Positions 50,998 through 59,895 of a DNA stretch of 64,000 nt are shown here, piece by piece (positions within the stretch are counted from its first letter, which is position 1; each line of letters opens with the position of its first letter). This stretch comes from Dehalococcoidia bacterium (lineage in GTDB: Bacteria; Chloroflexota; Dehalococcoidia; UBA2979): positions 960,001 through 1,024,000 of the forward strand of contig OZ253555.1 of NCBI GenBank assembly GCA_965262725.1. Reading direction: 5' to 3'. A model generated the notes under the pieces. That model saw nothing but the letters and a program-made list of their open reading frames with translations. It had not been told where the DNA came from and did no database searches. The translations under genes and the position numbers were made by a program.

Positions 50998-52241
50998 CCA
51001 GCGGGGTGCTGCGCGGGGTGCGCGTGGTCGAGCTGGCCGAGGTGTGGGCGGGACCGATGGGCTGCACGCTTCTTGCCGATCTCGGCGCGGATGTCGTGAA
51101 GCTCGAGACGTTCCCCAGGAGCTCGATGACGCGGCCCGTGGTGGAGGACGCCCGCGTCGGGGCGGGTACCGGTCCTCCGTACGAGCGCGTCAACGTCCAC
51201 CACCACGCGAACCGCAACAAGCGCAACATTGCCGTCAACGTCCGCGCTCCGGCCGGCGCCGAGGTGCTGCGCCGGCTGATCGCGGACGCAGATCTCCTCG
51301 TCGAGAGCTTCTCGGCGGGGACGATGGATCGCCTGGGATTCGGGTGGGACGCGGTGCACGCGATCCAGCCGCGGGCCTCGGTGATCTCGCTCGCCGCGTG
51401 GGGACAGAGCGGGCCGTACCGCGGATACCGGATGTTCGGCAGCGGCCTCGATGCGATGGTCGGACACCACCTGGTGCGCGGTCATCCCGGCGCGCCCCTG
51501 GCGGAGACGGGGCCGGTCGTGCACTCCGACGCCGCCGTGCCGCTGACCGTGGTCTTCGCGGCCGTCGTAGCTCTCACGCGTCGCGACCAGCGCGGCGAGG
51601 GGTCGTGGATCGACCTCGCGCAGGTCGAGGATCTCGCGTGGCAGCTTCCGGCGATCCTCGGCGAATGGATCTCAAACGGGCGCTTGCCACCGCGGGTGGC
51701 AGACGGCGATCGAGACGCCGTGCCGCACGGCTACTACCCGGCGGCCGGCGACGAGTGGATCTGCGTCGCCGCCGAGGACGACGCGCAGTGGGCGGGGGTC
51801 GCGGCGGCGATGGACCGCCCCGAGCTGGCGGAGGACGGTCATCCCTGGGCGTCGGTCATCGGCCGGCTGCGCGAGCGAGCGGCCGTCGACGCAGCCGTCA
51901 CCGCCTTCGTCTCGACTCTCCCCGCCTCGGAGGCCGCTGAGCGAATCCAGCGCCACGGCGCGATCGCGGCGCCGGTGCTGATGCCCGCGGATCCGCTCTC
52001 GAGCCCCCAGCTCCGCGCCCGCGGCTGGCTGCGCTCGACCAGCCACCCGCACGTCGGGAGGCGCGAGGTAGGCGGGTTCCTGTGGCAGATCGAGCCCGAC
52101 CCGCCGACGTGGGAGCGGAGCGCAGGTCTCGTCGGGGAGCACAATGGCGAAGTGCTCGCAGAGCTCGGTTACAGCGCGGCCGAGATTGCCGAGCTGGCGG
52201 GGAGCGGCGTGATCGGCGACCGCTACGCGCCGCCCCCGTAG
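50994..52241 (+). CDS. Type III CoA-transferase, catalytic-Asp subunit (paralogue of 36202-37443)
   Basis: VVELAEVWAGP, NRNKRNIAV, HSDAAVPL; GTGA overlap with upstream gene. Confidence 0.9.
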   Translation: MTSGVLRGVRVVELAEVWAGPMGCTLLADLGADVVKLETFPRSSMTRPVVEDARVGAGTGPPYERVNVHHHANRNKRNIAVNVRAPAGAEVLRRLIADADLLVESFSAGTMDRLGFGWDAVHAIQPRASVISLAAWGQSGPYRGYRMFGSGLDAMVGHHLVRGHPGAPLAETGPVVHSDAAVPLTVVFAAVVALTRRDQRGEGSWIDLAQVEDLAWQLPAILGEWISNGRLPPRVADGDRDAVPHGYYPAAGDEWICVAAEDDAQWAGVAAAMDRPELAEDGHPWASVIGRLRERAAVDAAVTAFVSTLPASEAAERIQRHGAIAAPVLMPADPLSSPQLRARGWLRSTSHPHVGRREVGGFLWQIEPDPPTWERSAGLVGEHNGEVLAELGYSAAEIAELAGSGVIGDRYAPPP

Positions 52242-52321
52242 GGGGGTGGGTGGAAACGGGGAGGCGCGGCTCCGGGCGTGGTGTGCCCGGCCGGCCTGCG
52301 GCGCTCGCGGAGGGAGTGACG

Positions 52322-53104
52322 ATGGGGTTCGTCTACGAGCGACTCAGCCTGGCGGGAGAGGTGGCCGTCGTGACCGGCGCGGGAAGCGGGATCGGGCGCG
52401 CGATCGCCCTCGGCTTGGCGGAGGCCGGTGCTCGCGTGGTCGTCGGCGAGCTCAACGAGGAGAGCGGCCACGCCACGGCGGCCGCCATAGAGGCGGCCGG
52501 CGGCACATCGCTCGCCGTGCCGACCGACGTTCGCGAGCGCGAGCAGGTCCAGCGTCTGATCGATGCGGGTAGTGAGCGCTTCGGCGACATCCACGTGATG
52601 GTCAACAACGTCGGGGGGACGTTCCAGCTCCCGACGCTGGACCTGAGCGACAACGGTCTGGAGGCCGTTCTTCGCATCAACCTCAAGTCGATGTTCCTCG
52701 GCAGTCAGATCGCCGCGCGCGCGATGGTCGCCGCAGGGCACGGCGGGAGCATCGTGAGCACGTCGTCGGGTTCGGCCCTGCAGGGCGACGCCGTGGGGTC
52801 GGCGCACTACAGCGCCGCGAAGGCGGCGATTCTCGGCATGACGAGAGCGCTCGCCGCGGAGTGGGCCCCCCACGGCATTCGGGTCAACGCGATAGCACCC
52901 GGGGGCGTGAACACGCCGGGGCGGGTCCGCAACATGCGGGAGGATGTCGGCGCCCGCGCCGTCGAGCACGCGCCGCTGCGCCGTCTCGCCGAGCCCGAGG
53001 AGATCGCTGCGGGCGCCGTTTTCCTCGCGTCGGGCCTCGCGAGCTACGTGACGGGCCACACTCTCGTGATCGACGGCGGCGGTAGCACGAGCGGTATCTC
53101 CTAG
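52322..53104 (+). CDS. Short-chain dehydrogenase/reductase
   Basis: TGAGSGIG, NNVGG, YSAAK, IRVNAIAPG. Confidence 0.92.
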   Translation: MGFVYERLSLAGEVAVVTGAGSGIGRAIALGLAEAGARVVVGELNEESGHATAAAIEAAGGTSLAVPTDVREREQVQRLIDAGSERFGDIHVMVNNVGGTFQLPTLDLSDNGLEAVLRINLKSMFLGSQIAARAMVAAGHGGSIVSTSSGSALQGDAVGSAHYSAAKAAILGMTRALAAEWAPHGIRVNAIAPGGVNTPGRVRNMREDVGARAVEHAPLRRLAEPEEIAAGAVFLASGLASYVTGHTLVIDGGGSTSGIS

Positions 53105-54660
53105 GACCGATCGCCGCCGGAACGCAGCGCCGTCTCGGCGCCGGGCGACCGGGCCCCGGCGGCTGCTCCCGCAACGCGCCCGAAGACGGCGCCCGCCATC
53201 AGCCCGCTGCCGCCGGCGTAGTTGTCGTGGAAGAGCCCGCCAACGAGCTCCCCGGCTGCGTACAGACCGGGGATCGCACGTTCCTCGGTGTCGAGCACGG
53301 CGGCCGTCCCGGGCTCGATCCGGATCCCACCGAAGGTGAAGGTGATGCCGCAGGTGACGGCGAAACCGACGAACGGCGGTTCCGCGAGCGGCAGGGCCCA
53401 GTTCGACTTCGGCGGCTCGATCCCCTGCGTCCGGAGGCCGTCGCGCTCGGCCGGGTTGAACTCGCCGGGACGGCACGCCGCGTTGTACGCCGCGACCGTC
53501 CGCTCGAGCCCGCGGCGGTCGATACCGAGGCGCTCCGCAAGCTCGCCGACGCTCCCGGCCTCCTCGCGCGTGACCTCGCGGATCCTGTACTCGTCGCGCA
53601 GCAGCGGGACCGCCCGCTGGTCGAAGATCTGGAACGCGACGCCCTCGGGCTGACGCAGGATCTCGCGCCCGTACTTGGCGTACGTGTAGTTCCGGAGATC
53701 GGCCCCCTCGTCCACGAAGCGTCGGCCCCGCTGGTTCACGATCAGGCCGAGGGGGTAGGAGTGCTTCTGGTAGAGATCGCCGATCCGCCGGTTGCCCGTG
53801 GGCGGCGCGTTGAGATCCCACGCCACCGCGTGCGCTCCCGACCACTGCCCGGCCGACTGCGCCCCCGCCTCCAGGGCCATGCGGAGCCCATCGCCGACGT
53901 TGTGGCGCGTCCCGCGCACCTTCACGGCCTCCCAGCCCGGACCGAGATAGCGGGCGCGCATCTCGGTGTTCGCCTCGAAGCCGCCCGAGGCGAGCACGAC
54001 CGAGCCCGAGGCCACCTCGTGACGCCCGTCCGGTCCGGCCGCGCGCATGCCCCGCACGGCTCCGGTGCGCTCGTCGAGCAGAAGCGCGATCGCCTTCGTG
54101 CCGTAGCGGACCTCGACACCTCGCGCTTCGCAGGCCGAGAAGAGCGCGTCGGAGAGCCCGGCCCCACCGCCGACGGCCTCGATGATGAGGCCGCCCCAGA
54201 AGCGGAGTTGGCCGCCGACGCGGTAGGCCTGCCGGCCGTAGAGCAGCACCCAGCGGACGCCCAGGGACTCGCGCATCCAGGTCATGGTGGGCCAGGCGCC
54301 ATCGACGAGAGCGTCGACGAGCCCGGCGTCGGCCCGACCGCCGGTCACGCGGACGAGGTCGCTCCGCATTGCCTCCACCGGGTACGCGCCGAGGTCGATC
54401 TCGGCGAGCTCCCGCTCGCTCAGGTCGGGGACCAGCCGGGCGACGTCGTCGATCCCGGAGTACGGAAAGCGGAAGGCGCCGCCGCTGAAGTAGGTGTTGC
54501 CGCCGCGCTCCTCCCGCGCCGCCTTCTCCAGCACGATCGTCCGGGCTCCCGTCTCCCGGGCCGCGAGGGCCGCGCAGAGCGCGGCGTTCCCCGCGCCCAT
54601 GACGACGACATCGGCATCGGGCCTCACGCGCTCCCCCTCCGCATGCCGCCCCGCTCCCAC
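53101..54660 (-). CDS. tcuA: FAD-dependent tricarballylate dehydrogenase TcuA-like flavoprotein
   Basis: GAGNAALCAALAA, GGNT, GGFEAN..MRARYLGPGW..KVRG, RFVDEGADLRNYTYAKYG, CGITFTFGG, NYAGGSGLMAG. Confidence 0.85.
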   Translation of the reverse strand: MGAGRHAEGERVRPDADVVVMGAGNAALCAALAARETGARTIVLEKAAREERGGNTYFSGGAFRFPYSGIDDVARLVPDLSERELAEIDLGAYPVEAMRSDLVRVTGGRADAGLVDALVDGAWPTMTWMRESLGVRWVLLYGRQAYRVGGQLRFWGGLIIEAVGGGAGLSDALFSACEARGVEVRYGTKAIALLLDERTGAVRGMRAAGPDGRHEVASGSVVLASGGFEANTEMRARYLGPGWEAVKVRGTRHNVGDGLRMALEAGAQSAGQWSGAHAVAWDLNAPPTGNRRIGDLYQKHSYPLGLIVNQRGRRFVDEGADLRNYTYAKYGREILRQPEGVAFQIFDQRAVPLLRDEYRIREVTREEAGSVGELAERLGIDRRGLERTVAAYNAACRPGEFNPAERDGLRTQGIEPPKSNWALPLAEPPFVGFAVTCGITFTFGGIRIEPGTAAVLDTEERAIPGLYAAGELVGGLFHDNYAGGSGLMAGAVFGRVAGAAAGARSPGAETALRSGGDRS

Positions 54661-54881
54661 CGCGCGCGGCCCGGTGAACCGCCCGGCATCGCGTGGACAT
54701 GGTCGCAGCCGCGTGCGGGCGCCGTCACCCCGGCGCCGAGCCGCCGCGCGCGCCGCCCCGCTTCTTTGGCGCGGGTCTACCGGAGAGCGCCTCCGCCGTC
54801 GAAAGCTTGGTCAGACCGAATGCGACCGGTCTATGATTCGCGCCACCATATTCTGTGCTGGCGCGAGATTCGGGGGACGCC

Positions 54882-55718
54882 ATGACATCGGAGACCAAGC
54901 AGTTCGTGTCGTATGGGACGAGTAAGCCGTACGAGACCCTCATCGTCGAGATCGAGGATCGGGTTGCGACGGTCACCCTGAACCGACCGGAGCGCGGGAA
55001 CGCGCTGAACGCGACGTTGCACGCCGAGCTCGGCGACTTCTGGCAAGGCGCTCGCGAGGACGACGATATCTGGTGCGTCATCATCACCGGCGCCGGGCGG
55101 CGCCACTTCTGCACCGGGGCGGACATGCGCGAGGCGGCCTCCGGCGCGGAGGGCCGCATCGGCCAGCGCCGCGTCTACGGCTTGCCGTGGCCGTATCAGT
55201 TCTACAAGCCGATCATCACGGCGCTCAACGGAACGACCGCGGGCGGCGGGCTCCTCTTCGTATGGGAGTCCCACATCGTGATCGCGGCCGACCACGTCGA
55301 CTTCCTCGAGCCGCACCTCTCCGTGAGCCAGCTCCCCGCCGGCGAGATCTACGGCCTCGCCAACGCCGGTCTGCCATGGCCGGTCGCGCTGCGGATGGCG
55401 CTGATGGGGACCGCCGGTGAGCGGGTCAGCGCGCAGAGGATGTACGACCTCGGACTCGTGACGGAGATCGTCCCGTACGAGCAACTCCTCGATCGGGCGC
55501 GCGAGATCGCGGATATCGTGATGCAGATGTCACCGCTCCTGACCCGGCTCCTGCTCGAGGGAGCCTGGCGCATGCGTGATGGCTCCCTGGGACCCTCCGA
55601 GTCCAGCAGGTGGGCCCATGATCAGCAACGGGAGCGCGGCCTCCGCGACTCGCAGGACGGCCGGGAGGGCCCCCGCGCCTTCGTCGAGAAGCGTCGGCCC
55701 GTCTGGACGGGACGCTAG
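54882..55718 (+). CDS. Crotonase-superfamily protein (non-canonical)
   Basis: TLNRPERGNALN, FCTGADM, KPIITALNG, EGPRAFVEKRRP. Confidence 0.85.
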   Translation: MTSETKQFVSYGTSKPYETLIVEIEDRVATVTLNRPERGNALNATLHAELGDFWQGAREDDDIWCVIITGAGRRHFCTGADMREAASGAEGRIGQRRVYGLPWPYQFYKPIITALNGTTAGGGLLFVWESHIVIAADHVDFLEPHLSVSQLPAGEIYGLANAGLPWPVALRMALMGTAGERVSAQRMYDLGLVTEIVPYEQLLDRAREIADIVMQMSPLLTRLLLEGAWRMRDGSLGPSESSRWAHDQQRERGLRDSQDGREGPRAFVEKRRPVWTGR

Positions 55719-55780
55719 CCGCCGCCCGCCCCGCCGCCGCGACCGGGGTGCGGGCGGGCGCACAGGGAGAGGAGTGGACG

Positions 55781-56566
55781 GTGGCCGACGCTCCCGTGCT
55801 TGTCGACGTGCGTGACGGCGTCGCGCTCGTCACGCTCAACCGACCGGAGTCGCTCAACGCGATGAACGCCGAGTCGGGCGCGCTCCTGCGCTCGGCGCTT
55901 GCGCGCGTCCACACCGACCCCTCCATCCGCGTGGGCGTCATCACCGGTGCCGGCGACCGGGCGTTCAGCGCTGGCGCCGACCTGAAGGAGTGGGCGCGAC
56001 CCGATGCGTCGGGACCCTCCGGCGGGACGGTCGACGAGATCCTCACCGTCGAGCCGTCGGACGAGACCTCGACGATCCGTGTGGCAAAGCCGTTGATCGC
56101 CGCGATCGGCGGCTACTGCCTCGGTGGCGGGCTTGAGCTCGCCCTCGCGTGCGACATACGCATCGCGACTCCGGATGCGAGCTTCGCGCTGCCGGAGGTG
56201 CGCCACGGCTTCATTCCCGGCGGCGGCGGCGTCCCCCGGCTGCTGCGTTCGATCCCCCGCTCGGCGGCGATGGAGATGATCCTCACAGGCGATCGCTGCG
56301 ACGCCGAGACCGCGCTCAGGTGGGGGATCGTGAGCCGTGTCGTGCCCCGGGAGGAGCTGCTCCCGGCGGCACTCGCTCTCGCGGGGCGTATCGCGGAGAA
56401 TGCGCCCGCCGCGATCCGCGCCGCCAAGGAGCTCTCCCGCGTCTCTTCCGACCTCCCGCTCGACGACGCGCTGCGCTTCGGTGGCGTGTTGCGCTGGGTC
56501 GTCGGGCAGACGCCGGAGGCTCGCGAGGGGCCACGCGCCTTCGCGAGGGGCCGCGCCGGGGAGTAA
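55781..56566 (+). CDS. Enoyl-CoA hydratase/isomerase
   Basis: TLNRPESLNA, FSAGADL, GGGLELALACD, LPEV. Confidence 0.9.
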   Translation: MADAPVLVDVRDGVALVTLNRPESLNAMNAESGALLRSALARVHTDPSIRVGVITGAGDRAFSAGADLKEWARPDASGPSGGTVDEILTVEPSDETSTIRVAKPLIAAIGGYCLGGGLELALACDIRIATPDASFALPEVRHGFIPGGGGVPRLLRSIPRSAAMEMILTGDRCDAETALRWGIVSRVVPREELLPAALALAGRIAENAPAAIRAAKELSRVSSDLPLDDALRFGGVLRWVVGQTPEAREGPRAFARGRAGE

Positions 56567-56592
56567 CCGCCCCGCCGTCCCAGCGTTGGCCT

Positions 56593-56625
56593 CGTCAGAT
56601 TCCCGTCATCGACGGGCGGTACGCT
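56593..56625 (+). promoter_or_regulatory. Candidate OmpR/PhoB-type box (CGTCA direct repeat, 11-bp period) plus -10 (TACGCT) for the DM13 gene
   Basis: cgtca at 56593 and 56604; TACGCT at 56620-56625. Confidence 0.45.
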
Positions 56626-56677
56626 CGATTGATGCCGAACCAGGCGGCGATCGTCGAACGGTGAACGGGGGTTCGGA

Positions 56678-57700
56678 GTGAGCATGACGACCGCGACTCT
56701 CTTGTCGGCGGCGCGAGCGGAGTCCCTGCGGCGTGCGCTCGTGGTTCTGGCGGCGCTGGCCGGTGCCGCGAGCGGCCTCTACGTGCTCAGCTCGCAGCCC
56801 GCGGCGGACTTCCTCCGGGAAGGCCCCGCGCGCGTCCTCGGCGTGGAGGGCTCGGAGATCCGACTGCTGATGGGTCTGGGGTGCATGCTCGCCGCCGCCG
56901 CTGCGAGCATCGCGCTGTGGCGGCGAGTCTCGCCCGGGCGGCTCGTGCTCGCGGGCGCCGCGCTGGCCGCCGCGCTCGGCCTGGTGCACGTCCTCGCGGC
57001 ACCGGCAACGACTCTGCTCCTTCTCTCCGTCATCGTCGATCGCGCGCCGCACATCACGCGCTCTCGTCTGGTCGAGGTCGGTCCACGTCGCTATCCTGTT
57101 CGCTGGGGGGTGGGGGCCGTCGCCGGCGTCACCGCGCTGGTCGTGGTCTCCGTGGTCTCGTTCTATCTCGCCCGCCCGCTCTTCGACGAGGGCACACGCC
57201 TCGACGAGGGGCTGACCTTCGCGGTCGCGGGCCTGGTGCAGCCGACCGCGGATACGGGCGCGACCGCGCCCACAGATGCGCCGACCCCGGCACCGGCCGC
57301 GGCACCAACCGCGCCGCCAACAGCCGCCGCCTCCCCTGCCGGTGACTCGGACTCTCGCCCTCAGCAGGGCGAGCTGGTGGCGCGTGGAGAGCTCGAGGGT
57401 GCGGACGCCTTCCACACGGCGCACGGCGAGGTGCTCCTCGTTCGCTCTCCGGAGGGCGACGTGGTGCTGCGATTCCAGGACTACGAGGTGCGCAACGGCC
57501 CCGGGCTCTACGTCTACCTGACGCCGGATCCAGGGGGCGACGTGCACGCGGCCGGCGCCGTCGAACTCTCCCCGGTCCGCGCGACGAGCGGGTTCGTGAA
57601 CTACGACGTGCCCGCCGATCTTGATTCGGGCTCCTTCCGCGCCGTGGTGATCTACTGCAAGCCGTTCAGCGTCACCTTCGCCACCGCGCAGCTTCGCTAG
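56678..57700 (+). CDS. Membrane protein with C-terminal DM13 domain
   Basis: Several TM segments, Pro/Thr/Ala linker, GELEGAD.FH..HG...NGPGLYVYL..G.VNY.VP...VVIYCKPFSVTFATA. Confidence 0.82.
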   Translation: MSMTTATLLSAARAESLRRALVVLAALAGAASGLYVLSSQPAADFLREGPARVLGVEGSEIRLLMGLGCMLAAAAASIALWRRVSPGRLVLAGAALAAALGLVHVLAAPATTLLLLSVIVDRAPHITRSRLVEVGPRRYPVRWGVGAVAGVTALVVVSVVSFYLARPLFDEGTRLDEGLTFAVAGLVQPTADTGATAPTDAPTPAPAAAPTAPPTAAASPAGDSDSRPQQGELVARGELEGADAFHTAHGEVLLVRSPEGDVVLRFQDYEVRNGPGLYVYLTPDPGGDVHAAGAVELSPVRATSGFVNYDVPADLDSGSFRAVVIYCKPFSVTFATAQLR

Positions 57701-57739
57701 GACCCTCAGCGCGTCGCCCAGCGGTGGGCACCGAGTGGA

Positions 57740-59873
57740 TCAGGCGAGCGGGAGCAGGAAGCCGAGGGTGGTGCCGCGAGCCGCGCTGGAGGAGGCGGTC
57801 ACCTCGCCCCCGTGCTGCTCGGCGATCGCGCGCACGATCGCGAGACCGAGACCGGAGCCGTCGGCGTCGGCACGGCTCTGTTGGTCGCGTGCCCTCTCCG
57901 CGCGGTAGAAGCGCTCCCAGATGAGGGGGAGCGCTCCCTCCGCGATCGGGACACCGTCGTTGTGGACCGTCAGCCGCGCGCCGCCTCCCGTGCTCTCCAC
58001 GAGCAGCTCGATCGTCGAGTCGGGGGTTGCGTACTGGATCGCGTTGCGCAGCAGGTTCCCGATCGCCCGCTCGATCAGCGTCCCGTCGAGGGGGAAGGCC
58101 GGGATCTTCGGGTCTGCGGTCAGCAGCAGCCTGACCCCGGCGCGCTCCGCGATCGGCTTCATACCGTCCGCCACGTCGGCCGCGATCTCCTCGAGATCGA
58201 GCCGCGTGCGTCCGGAAGTCGAAGGGGTGGTGACGTGATGACGTGACCGGTCCGGAGACATGCTCGTTGCTGCCAGCCGGTGAGAGTCCGGCACGGGTAA
58301 CTGTCAGGAGGCCCGTTAGCAGGTCGGCGGCGTGGACGGGAAACGGTCTGCGTCGAAGCCCGACGTCAAGAGCCCTATGAGGGGGAGCAAACGTGCGGTC
58401 CGCAGCATGACGCGAAGTCTGCCGCGCCGTGAGACTCGCCTGTCTATTGACAGGACCAAGGAGGAGCCGAGCCCGGGTGGTCAGGGCGAAGGCCATGGAC
58501 GAGGTGAAGATCCTGGAATGCAGCCTCAAGAAACCTCCCGGCGTATGGGACGTGGAACGTACGGAAGGTAGCGACGGGAACCGGAGAAGCCCTCCCCGGC
58601 CCGGCACCCTGTGAGAGGGCGTCGGAGCGAGGCGTCCTATAACCGGTCAGAGCCGGGAAGTGGACAGCCAGCCGGAAGGGTGGCGGAGGGGGTCGTAGTA
58701 CCGCTGGAGCCGGACGGACAACATAACCGCCGGTGATGGGAAGGACCCCTACTTTGTCCGTGCATGTTGCTGGGGGTGTGGACTGGTGAGTGCCCCTCGG
58801 GGCTAGCAACCACTTGGTAGGGTTCGAGGCTCTCCGCACATGCTGTACCGGCTGGCCAAGGCACGACCCACGTTGTGGGGAGCGCTGCATGCCATCTGGT
58901 GAAGGGCATCGGTGAGCCGGATGAGGGAGAACCTCACGTCCGGTTCGATGTGGCAGGGGCTGGAGACGGACGCTGCTATGGCCGTGGAGTTGGGCACCAC
59001 CGGGAAACCGGCTTGGAACTGATGCGCCACCGCCTACGGCTCGCACCGCGCCAGCCCCTGACCCTACGCCAGTTCGCGGGCGGCGCCCGCCTCGATCCGC
59101 GCGAGCTCGAAGAGGTCGTCGATCAGGCGTGCCAGGCGGTCCACCTCGCGGCGCACAAGCGCGTGGTAGTGCGCCACGTCGGCCGGCTCGCTGACGACGC
59201 CGTCGTCGAGTGCGTCGACGGCGGCGCGGATCGCCGCAAGGGGGGTGCGCAGGTCGTGTGAGATCGCCGTGGTGATCTCCGTCCGCTCACGCTCCACCTC
59301 GGCGCGCCGCTGCTCGGCCCGGCTGAGCGAGGCCCGCAGATCATCGACCGCGCCTGCGAGCTCGCTGACCTCGTCCTTGACGATATGGGCGTCGTCGCGG
59401 GGGGAGGTCGTCTCGTCCGCCGTGCCGCCCGAGGCGAGCGCCCGGACCTCCGCGGCGAGGGAGCGGACGCGCCGCGTCGTGTCGAGAGCGCCGAGCGCCG
59501 AGACGACCGCGGCGACGCTGCCGGCCGCGAGGCTGACCGCGAGCAGCAGCCGCAGGTCGTGCGCAGTGTTTACGAACATGAACGAGGCAACGGCGAGGAC
59601 GGTTGCGAGAGCCGCCACCGCCCCCATCGAGCCGGCCACGAAGGCCCGGGCGACCAGTGGAACCCCGGCCCGGCTGATCCATCGGAGAACGAGCACGCCG
59701 ACCGCCGTGCTGACGGCCCCCGCGAGGCCGAGCAGCAGCACGAGATCTGCAAGCTCGGCGCCGGACATCGGGAGCAGGGCGCGCGACGCGACCGCCCCGA
59801 CGACGACGGCAGCGATCACACCAGCGGGCAGGAGTCGCTCAAGCCAGGCGGAGGAGAGGACGCCCGGCCCCAT
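57740..59873 (-). pseudogene. Sensor histidine kinase (TM-HAMP-HisKA-HATPase) interrupted by a group II intron
   Basis: H-box ISHDLRTPL in the 5' part; N-box GNLLRNAIQY, ERFYRA and GSGLGLAIV in the 3' part; removing 58206-59067 restores one frame (..ARELA/RLDLEEIA..); alternative start at 59906. Confidence 0.88.
58206..59067 (+). mobile_element. Group II intron lacking an intact RT/maturase ORF
   Basis: 5' GUGCG; domain V gagccggatgagggagaacctcacgtccggttc (58914-58946) with AGC triad; domain VI stem caggggctgg/ccagcccctg with bulged A at 59061; 3' end CUAC; no target duplication. Confidence 0.92.
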
Positions 59874-59895
59874 GCCCGCGCCCGTCTCCCGGAGA

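Noticed and set aside
31350-54660. tam and tcuA as a joint aconitate/tricarballylate pathway
   Set aside because: More than 20 kb apart in unrelated gene runs, and both names rest on family similarity only
57240-57345. Quasi-repetitive sequence in the DM13 gene
   Set aside because: Encodes a Pro/Thr/Ala linker; not a CRISPR or tandem DNA repeat
58332-59261. Small ORFs inside the intron region on both strands
   Set aside because: No RT motifs such as YADD; they are chance frames across structured intron RNA
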